A DNA stretch of 22,172 nt from an uncultured virus (IMG/VR IMGVR_UViG_3300008952_000024) (taxonomy: Duplodnaviria; Heunggongvirae; Uroviricota; Caudoviricetes), in IMG/VR virus record IMGVR_UViG_3300008952_000024; one strand, given 5' to 3'. Shown in pieces: positions 8,987-15,244 of the stretch. Numbering within the stretch: position 1 is the stretch's first letter; each line of letters opens with the position of its first letter. Position numbers and translations under genes: made by a program. The notes under the pieces are model-generated. The model had not been told where the DNA came from. It ran no database searches and saw only the letters and a list, made by a program, of their open reading frames with translations.

Positions 8987-9022
8987 AAACAAAAGGCGAC
9001 GCACCCGTAAAGGAACGTCGCC
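8987..9022 (-). terminator. Intrinsic terminator immediately upstream of the helicase gene
   Basis: Minus strand reads GGCGACG-TTCCTTTACGGGTG-CGTCGCC-TTTTGTTT: a 7-bp GC-rich stem, extendable with G-U pairs, followed by a U-tract. Confidence 0.75.
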
Positions 9023-9082
9023 AGAAGGAAGAAAGTAGTGCTGAACGCCCGAGGAACCCACTTTTACGCGGCACGGTATCTC
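8987..9082 (-). ncRNA. Candidate ~95-nt small RNA or attenuated leader
   Basis: Promoter-like motif at 9090-9100, then a GC-richer segment with a possible stem (AAAGUGG/CUACUUU), a C/U-rich stretch and the terminator. No known family recognised. The 5' end is approximate. Confidence 0.35.
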
Positions 9083-9089
9083 AACAATA

Positions 9090-9100
9090 CATATATAGCA
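9090..9100 (-). promoter_or_regulatory. Candidate promoter element TGCTATATATG
   Basis: Located in an AT-rich intergenic patch and nearly identical to 7329-7339. An alternative reading is TTGTGA-16 nt-TATTGT. Confidence 0.35.
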
Positions 9101-9124
9101 GTTATTCACAAAAATAGCATCCCT

Positions 9125-9658
9125 CTACCCATCAGATACTTTTCTTAAAGACGTATATGTTTCGTATGCCTCTGGCCCATTATCCATCCAAACATGAACC
9201 GCCTCTTCACTACCAGCAAGTTTACATAACCACCTGCCCCGCCACTCATGGTCATTATGCAACATCTGCAAAGCTAAAACATGTACACCCTCTAAATCCA
9301 AAGTCTTGAGCAATTCGTCATTTGGTCCACGATTTCGACCAATTGAGTCTTGCGCCAAAGCATAAAACTGCGGTGTAGTGGCTACCCGAACTACTGTTTC
9401 GGACTCTTCCTCACTATCATCGACGACTCCGAACTCTGACATCTTCTGTTCTATAATCGCCGCCAGCCCATCATCCGATACGTCATCGACAACTGCACCA
9501 ACAAGAGAAATAATTAATGACTTCGCTTCCGCTTTACTAAAACATTCACCCGACCCCGGATCAATAATTTTAGTTAAACTATTAGAAAACGATTCTATAA
9601 AATCCTCATTAAATATTGCTCGCCCACGCTCTAATCTTTCTTTACGACTTTCCGCCAT
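9125..9658 (-). CDS. Hypothetical protein (177 aa)
   Basis: SD AGGAG before the ATG. Acidic helical N-half, DDSEEESE linker, and a Trp/His-rich C-half (HNDHEWRGRWLCK...VWMD). Confidence 0.8.
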   Translation of the reverse strand: MAESRKERLERGRAIFNEDFIESFSNSLTKIIDPGSGECFSKAEAKSLIISLVGAVVDDVSDDGLAAIIEQKMSEFGVVDDSEEESETVVRVATTPQFYALAQDSIGRNRGPNDELLKTLDLEGVHVLALQMLHNDHEWRGRWLCKLAGSEEAVHVWMDNGPEAYETYTSLRKVSDG

Positions 9659-9783
9659 AACGTTTTCTCCTATATTGCAAATTATACTTTGTAAGACGAC
9701 CTTTCCATATTTTGTCCCAATGAAACCGCGACCGTTTTAAGTAAACGATTACGAGTTTTTTTTGCCCTTTAAGGGAAAAAATA

Positions 9784-10341
9784 TCATTTGGTTGGGAGGT
9801 CTTTTCCGTCACGATTATATTTTAATTTACCAATAGTATAAATTTCTTTATTTCGACACATAATCCAAAAACACATTTCTTTATCCATAAAGACTTTCAC
9901 TTCATCGGCCCGCATTGTTTTGGTTAGATCGTATTTAATTGGTATGGTCACATATGATCTAACACTAATCAGTTGGGCTATTTCCATAATATCAACTGGA
10001 TACATCGTTGTATTTCCAGCATCCTCTTTCAGATCATATTCTCCCGCCTTGCTATATCCTCCTCCATCGTAGGAATAGCCCTTCTTTAGTTTGGCCGCAC
10101 ATTTACGCAATGCTTTATCTAAAGTAGTCTGGTACGTCACCGGGCGAGCTTGGTCCATTGGGCCATATGATATTAAGCATTTCTCTGCTTCCATGTTCAA
10201 TGGCGTGATCTGCCAAAATTTCATACTTTGGCCAGATAGATTTTTCAGATTCGGACCATAATAAACTAGTCGCAATACCCAATCTTTCGGGCATGTTCCC
10301 TGCTTTATATCTTCCACTGTGACCCGTTGTTGGCATTGCAT
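9784..10341 (-). CDS. WGR-domain-like protein
   Basis: LRLVYY...SMKFWQI...ISYGPM...KALRKCAAKLKKGY follows the WGR consensus (S.KFW.I ... WGR ... KLKKGY) with YGP in place of WGR. SD GGTGAGG upstream of the ATG at 10341. Confidence 0.7.
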   Translation of the reverse strand: MQCQQRVTVEDIKQGTCPKDWVLRLVYYGPNLKNLSGQSMKFWQITPLNMEAEKCLISYGPMDQARPVTYQTTLDKALRKCAAKLKKGYSYDGGGYSKAGEYDLKEDAGNTTMYPVDIMEIAQLISVRSYVTIPIKYDLTKTMRADEVKVFMDKEMCFWIMCRNKEIYTIGKLKYNRDGKDLPTK

Positions 10342-11353
10342 GGCTTAATTCCTCACCACACATATCCAAATCAACCCCTAAACTGCAATGACTCCCTGTA
10401 TGTTTTTCCACCATACTTGGATTTATCAAATTGTACCCAAACCACTCATCCTCTGCATCCGCTACATCAATCTGCAATACTCGCCCATATGCGGCATTAA
10501 CCTCCGCTATAAGGCACATGGCAAGTTGTCCGCTAGGACTTTTAATGGATTCACCGGGCCTGTATAAGCCATATCTAAACCGGGGGGGTATTTTGGACAT
10601 TCTATTAAGCCAAGAGCGTCGCCGTCTAGCATCTGGACTGGATTTTTTCTCATCCATTTTGATCATAAATGAGAACAACTCGCCCATTTGTTCCTTTCTA
10701 CCTTTTGCCGCCCATCCCTTCCTACGCCAAGGACTGCGGTTGCTTTCGTCCCTTGGTTTTCTTTTAGTTCTTGGGGGGCTACAGGGGGAAGAATTTTTAT
10801 CTAAATCTACATTAGTATTATTCAGTTTATCATTTACTATTCGCACAATAGAGGATTCAATTTTTTGGTTCTCTGGAACACATGAAATACCCATGTACCT
10901 ACCAGACCTTTGTAACCATTCTGATATTGACTGTATTGCGGTATATAACTTACTAAAAAGAAATACATGGGTTCCCCAACGCCGCCCACCACTTGGCCAT
11001 CGCGGTTCATACCCAATACGCTCAAGTGTTTTGCCAATCTTCGCCCTTACTGAAAGCTCACGCCAACCAAGTAGCACCCGTAGCTCTAGCCATGCGTTTC
11101 TGGCTGTCTGTGGACTTGTATCAGCGACCTTGGCAATATAAGAGGGTGACAACTCAATACATCTATCAAGCGGCAAGCACGGGGCATTTAGGGGGCTGTG
11201 TGATAACAGCTTATAAATAATAACTTTGCCAGCCCGTACTAGGTTTGGTTTCTTTTGCTCGTTTGCTTTTATCCAATCAGCTACCGCAAGTTTCCGGCTT
11301 CGCATACTTCTGGCAGTGTCTCCAAATTCCGTAGTAGGAACACTGTCCATCAT
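10115..11353 (-). CDS. HTH-containing protein, possibly a replication initiator/replisome organiser
   Basis: 412 aa. Helix-turn-helix-like SPSYIAKVADTSPQTARNAWLEL, linker NNTNVDLDKNSSPCSPP and a basic region. Preceded by a good sigma70-like promoter. The last 227 nt overlap the WGR-like gene. The function is inferred. Confidence 0.55.
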   Translation of the reverse strand: MMDSVPTTEFGDTARSMRSRKLAVADWIKANEQKKPNLVRAGKVIIYKLLSHSPLNAPCLPLDRCIELSPSYIAKVADTSPQTARNAWLELRVLLGWRELSVRAKIGKTLERIGYEPRWPSGGRRWGTHVFLFSKLYTAIQSISEWLQRSGRYMGISCVPENQKIESSIVRIVNDKLNNTNVDLDKNSSPCSPPRTKRKPRDESNRSPWRRKGWAAKGRKEQMGELFSFMIKMDEKKSSPDARRRRSWLNRMSKIPPRFRYGLYRPGESIKSPSGQLAMCLIAEVNAAYGRVLQIDVADAEDEWFGYNLINPSMVEKHTGSHCSLGVDLDMCGEELSHAMPTTGHSGRYKAGNMPERLGIATSLLWSESEKSIWPKYEILADHAIEHGSREMLNIIWPNGPSSPGDVPDYFR

Positions 11354-11381
11354 GCTCTGCTGACCCCAAATCTATTTTCTC

Positions 11382-11410
11382 ACTATATCAGGCACACCTA
11401 AAAACAACAA
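11382..11410 (-). promoter_or_regulatory. Sigma70-like promoter at the start of the replication/early block
   Basis: TTGTTG (11410-11405), 17-nt spacer ending in TGA, then TATAGT (11387-11382), i.e. an extended -10 of the form TGnTATAGT. Confidence 0.5.
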
Positions 11411-11424
11411 CGCCCCTTAAATTA

Positions 11425-11880
11425 CTAGGGTTTTGGCTGAACTTTTTGGTTATCGGCTTCACCACTGATATATTCAGACACGGCATGCATATCTGTTAGT
11501 CTAATGCCCAGAAAGGCGGCTACTATAAACAGCATAATCATAATTGTCTGTGGTGTTATCAAGGATCTAAACCACTTCTGCCTTTCAATAGCAGCTTTTG
11601 CTTCCAACTCTTCTCGGCGTTGCCTATACTGCCGGGCTTCGTGCGCATACTCTTCATCTCGTTTTTCTTTATCACGCATTATGTCGATCATCTTATTTTG
11701 AGTACAAGTTAGTGCCTCAAACCGCTCCTTTGAACGTGTCTCTTGGAACTCTAGCGTCGTACCAATCTTACTCATATCAACCTTTAGGCTTCCAACATCA
11801 GTTTTAAGTGACGTTATATCGCCATCAAGTGCTTCGATACGTTTTGAATTATCGACTATCATGCGTTCAAGTTCTTTCAC
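11425..11880 (-). CDS. Coiled-coil protein with one C-terminal transmembrane helix (holin/XhlA-like candidate)
   Basis: Heptad-like N-terminal region (IEALDGDITSLKTDVGSLKVDMSKI) and hydrophobic IMIMLFIVAAFLGI. Last gene of the late block. GAGG precedes the GTG start. Confidence 0.55.
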   Translation of the reverse strand: MKELERMIVDNSKRIEALDGDITSLKTDVGSLKVDMSKIGTTLEFQETRSKERFEALTCTQNKMIDIMRDKEKRDEEYAHEARQYRQRREELEAKAAIERQKWFRSLITPQTIMIMLFIVAAFLGIRLTDMHAVSEYISGEADNQKVQPKP

Positions 11881-11895
11881 CCAGTATGCCTCAAG

Positions 11896-12267
11896 TTACC
11901 TAGAATTAGAATGTTTTAACGCCTGACGTTTTCTGACTCGAGCAGCTCTCCGAAGCCGCCGTGCGGCAACTTTAGTATTGCCTTTTTCCAGTGCGCGTTT
12001 TGCGCGTATTTCGATTTTATCAGGATCTAAAGTAAATGCTTTATATAATGCCTTGGCAATTTCATCAAATACCATATCATCTGCATTTTCAGCCAGCTCA
12101 CCAAGTGGTCCCGGCAGCAGCATACTTAAAGGGACCAGCGCATCAAGTGTTGTGGATAATATTTCGATTGCTTCTTCTTCGTCAATCTTCGCATCATCCA
12201 TTAATTCTGATACGGCAGAAACCGCAACCTCTTCAACTTCACGCCTTATATCATCACTAATACCCAT
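11896..12267 (-). CDS. Hypothetical protein (acidic N-terminus, Arg-rich C-terminus)
   Basis: 123 aa; strong SD AAGGAG before the ATG. Confidence 0.8.
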   Translation of the reverse strand: MGISDDIRREVEEVAVSAVSELMDDAKIDEEEAIEILSTTLDALVPLSMLLPGPLGELAENADDMVFDEIAKALYKAFTLDPDKIEIRAKRALEKGNTKVAARRLRRAARVRKRQALKHSNSR

Positions 12268-12278
12268 GATTACTCCTT

Positions 12279-13067
12279 TTATTCTGCCGCTATAGTCTCA
12301 CCCTCATTTAATATTGAGTGCTTATCTTTCAATTGATTGGCTGTTACAAGCGCACCTAAAATTGCCATTATCTCCTGCGAATCTTCATACATAGCCTCCA
12401 GAAGATCTGTCCCTTGGAGCTTCGCCTGACGGACCCGTACAGACTCTACAAGAATAGTATTATTGTTGGCAACCGCTGTTGAGTCTGTCATCTCATCGCG
12501 TACCTTGAGTAGTGCTGGAAGGTCGCGCATTGTGCATCTGATCTCCCCTGCCGCAATACGCCTAGCAAGAAGCCCAAGAGCACCATCCACCAATTGAAGA
12601 TGCTGTTGCTTAATCTTCTTTTTTCTGCGCTCCTCATCGGCAGTGGTCTTATCAGGCATTACCGCCTTACTCACTTCCTCTGCGACAGACATTGGAACTG
12701 GCGTATCAGGTAGGAATGGAGTAGCCAATCTGCCCTCAACTTCGACTATCTCGCGCAGTTTATAAATTTTATAATACTTTGCTCGGTAAATCGCGGCAGC
12801 AGTCATATCTGGCAATGAAACTTTATCGACTCGAGCTTGCCAGCTCCATCGTTTTTTCCACTGACGCATCAGACCATCAGATCTTTGGATCGCCCTAGAA
12901 GCAGCACGCGCACTGCGTCTACCCGGCTCCTGCATTGTCCAAAGGAGAAAGCACCTATAAGCCAAATCCGGCTCACCCTTCAACTGATTGATTGGTGCGT
13001 CAACTTTCTTAATATTCGCAGGTCTACCTGCACGCCTAACAGAGTTTCTTTTATCTTTAGCGGCCAT
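12279..13067 (-). CDS. Terminase small subunit-like HTH protein
   Basis: EPDLAYRCFLLW...GRRSARAASRAIQRSDGLMRQWKKRWSWQARV resembles the 'E...AY.AF..Y...G..RS...VA.....S...I.RW...W.W..R' pattern of phage TerS-like proteins (recalled). Helical C-terminal region. Confidence 0.55.
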   Translation of the reverse strand: MAAKDKRNSVRRAGRPANIKKVDAPINQLKGEPDLAYRCFLLWTMQEPGRRSARAASRAIQRSDGLMRQWKKRWSWQARVDKVSLPDMTAAAIYRAKYYKIYKLREIVEVEGRLATPFLPDTPVPMSVAEEVSKAVMPDKTTADEERRKKKIKQQHLQLVDGALGLLARRIAAGEIRCTMRDLPALLKVRDEMTDSTAVANNNTILVESVRVRQAKLQGTDLLEAMYEDSQEIMAILGALVTANQLKDKHSILNEGETIAAE

Positions 13068-13068
13068 G

Positions 13069-13488
13069 TTATTCCCAATACTTTGTATAGGTTAAAGATC
13101 TATCCTCACAGGTATATAGAACACGCAACAACAATTCGCCGCCACGTCTGTTTGAATATTGTTTCGTGAGCACACCATCAATAATAACATCCTCAACATC
13201 AACTTGAGGAACTGTATATATCTGGAGTCTTATATGTTCATCGCGTTCGCGTATATTGGAAACCAAGCCAATATTTGATGATTTAATTATATTGCCCCAC
13301 AAAGGGAGCAAACTATCATAACCCTCTACTTGTTCATTAAATCCGTCATCTTCCGATAACTGTAATGCATTTATTTGAGAACTATAATCATCATGTAAAC
13401 TAGCAGCTATACCAGATCGTATCGACAACGACAAATCGTTCAACAGTGAAACGCTTACCCCATGTCTATCAAAAGTTAAATGTGACAT
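13069..13488 (-). CDS. Hypothetical protein (139 aa), possibly tail-associated
   Basis: Fills the gap between neighbouring genes with 1-nt spacing on both sides. No family recognised. Confidence 0.75.
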   Translation of the reverse strand: MSHLTFDRHGVSVSLLNDLSLSIRSGIAASLHDDYSSQINALQLSEDDGFNEQVEGYDSLLPLWGNIIKSSNIGLVSNIRERDEHIRLQIYTVPQVDVEDVIIDGVLTKQYSNRRGGELLLRVLYTCEDRSLTYTKYWE

Positions 13489-13489
13489 T

Positions 13490-15244
13490 TCAATTCGTAC
13501 TCCTGCTAGACACCGGAACTAAATCATAAAGTATCCACATTCGTAAACCCAAAACAGCTTTTCCCGGTTCTATGGATATTTTTTCGACGGTGGCGGATAT
13601 TGGATCTTTGGTAATTGTTTCATCATATAAAATTACGTTATCACCTAATGCTAATTGCAAATATACAGAAGCAAAAGCATCATATTCAGCATAATAAGAC
13701 GGGAGCGTATAATGCTGGACGTACCAATCAATTACATGATTTGCTTGCCAATCATTGGTTATAGAATTTGGTGCACCAAGCAACGATGCTGTAGATGGTA
13801 TTACCTTACTTTCAAGCACATCCATCTCACGAGTACCCGCCTGATTAGCACTTAAAGCACACAAGGTACTATTAGACGCATCTCGACTAATTAGACCTCT
13901 ATGCGTATCGGTCATTGCATCATAATCAAAGTTAATCGTAAAACGATTCTTCAACTCTTCCTTGGCTGTTTCAGTAATAGCTGTACGCCGCTTAATTAAT
14001 GGGTACTGGCCCACCCGCAACTCCATCACCGGTTCAACCCGCCTATCATAATAGACAGGCCCATACCCCCCATCCTGCCACGCCATTGATACCATCGGGT
14101 ATGACTTACAAAGCACATCCTCAATGTACTTTATGGCCGTTGCGGAATTTGTGTTACCAGACGCATTTAATAAAACTGATGGTATAAGTGAAATGGCTTG
14201 CTTCGACATTGCACGGCTAAACATATCTTCATTGATGTTGGCCAAGCCAAGCGTAGACCACTCTACACACAAATAACGTATAACCTCAATTAACGTAATT
14301 TCTGTCCCATCGGGAGACTCGCCACCATCAATGGATGCTGGAATATATACAGTATCGCTATCTTCCCAGACCCCAGTACCACCTGTTACAAAATTGTACT
14401 GAAAGAATGATACGTTTTGTGTTTCCCCAAGTGAAATATTATAGGGATAACCGGCATCGCCGGGATTCTTCTCTTCCCCGTTGACATAAGCGTTCTTTTG
14501 AAAATGCTGTCCAAGTGGTGAGTGGAAACCAACAAATACTACGTCATTCCCAATTGAAGGTGGGAGATTGTACACTCGTACGCACGGAACAGTTGACACA
14601 TTATTAATCGCCATCGGTATTCTATACCCCAGATTATTCTCTGGCATATCTGGCCAATCTTCGGTAGTTAGGCGTACTACGGGTATTTGGAGATCATCAA
14701 TGTCTTTTGGATCTACAATTTCCAAATCTAACATCTCATCTTCGCCGCCGAACCTAACCCCGCCATTCATGTCGCCTTTTAAGATTACCCATCTATCTTC
14801 CCACCACTGTCCGTCTACCTGTAGTGAAATTTCACCATAGCCAGCTAGAAACCGTCGTGATTTCAATATAGAATAAACATCAATATCAAGCTGCGAAACA
14901 TTCAATGTGAAAGATCTGGCAGATGATGAGCCACCACCCATACTTACCACATTTTGAATGGCAGGAGCCTTAACCAGTAACGGCTTGTACGCAACGGTCG
15001 CCTCATTTCCAGGAGCCGATGATGAGAGTTTTTTTCTACTGGATATTGCTTTTGTAGAAACATTTATAGTTTCACCATTACCAAAAACAAGTTCAACACA
15101 TAAACATACAGACTCCATCATTGGGTCTAGTTTTAATATGTTCTTCCAAAAGGTAGAATTTCTTGGTTGGTGATGGGTAAGGCTTTTGCGCCACTTTTGG
15201 GTAGACCAATAAGAATAAATACGTGTTTGTGGCTCCCAGACCAT
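13490..15244 (-). CDS. Tail-tip/baseplate hub (Tal-like) protein
   Basis: 584 aa, second gene after the tape measure. Beta-rich, with C-terminal NRFTINFDY and LQLALGDNVILYD...TVEKISI typical of hub proteins. Coupled to the upstream gene by TAATG. Confidence 0.6.
   Translation of the reverse strand: MVWEPQTRIYSYWSTQKWRKSLTHHQPRNSTFWKNILKLDPMMESVCLCVELVFGNGETINVSTKAISSRKKLSSSAPGNEATVAYKPLLVKAPAIQNVVSMGGGSSSARSFTLNVSQLDIDVYSILKSRRFLAGYGEISLQVDGQWWEDRWVILKGDMNGGVRFGGEDEMLDLEIVDPKDIDDLQIPVVRLTTEDWPDMPENNLGYRIPMAINNVSTVPCVRVYNLPPSIGNDVVFVGFHSPLGQHFQKNAYVNGEEKNPGDAGYPYNISLGETQNVSFFQYNFVTGGTGVWEDSDTVYIPASIDGGESPDGTEITLIEVIRYLCVEWSTLGLANINEDMFSRAMSKQAISLIPSVLLNASGNTNSATAIKYIEDVLCKSYPMVSMAWQDGGYGPVYYDRRVEPVMELRVGQYPLIKRRTAITETAKEELKNRFTINFDYDAMTDTHRGLISRDASNSTLCALSANQAGTREMDVLESKVIPSTASLLGAPNSITNDWQANHVIDWYVQHYTLPSYYAEYDAFASVYLQLALGDNVILYDETITKDPISATVEKISIEPGKAVLGLRMWILYDLVPVSSRSTN

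Noticed and set aside
9009..9057. Plus-strand CsrA/RsmA sponge (three AGGAA motifs)
   Set aside because: The terminator polarity and promoter-like motif both point to minus-strand transcription, and no plus-strand promoter is evident.
9023..9070. preQ1 riboswitch (tempting because of GUGGGUUC and the TGT-like gene)
   Set aside because: It lacks the short P1 followed by an A-rich 3' tail of preQ1-I (the tail here is C/U-rich), and it is not upstream of a queuosine-related gene.
1650..11421. CCTTAAA motif in gaps near 1650, 9770 and 11415
   Set aside because: Only 7 nt, AT-rich and in inconsistent orientation, so not distinguishable from chance by eye.
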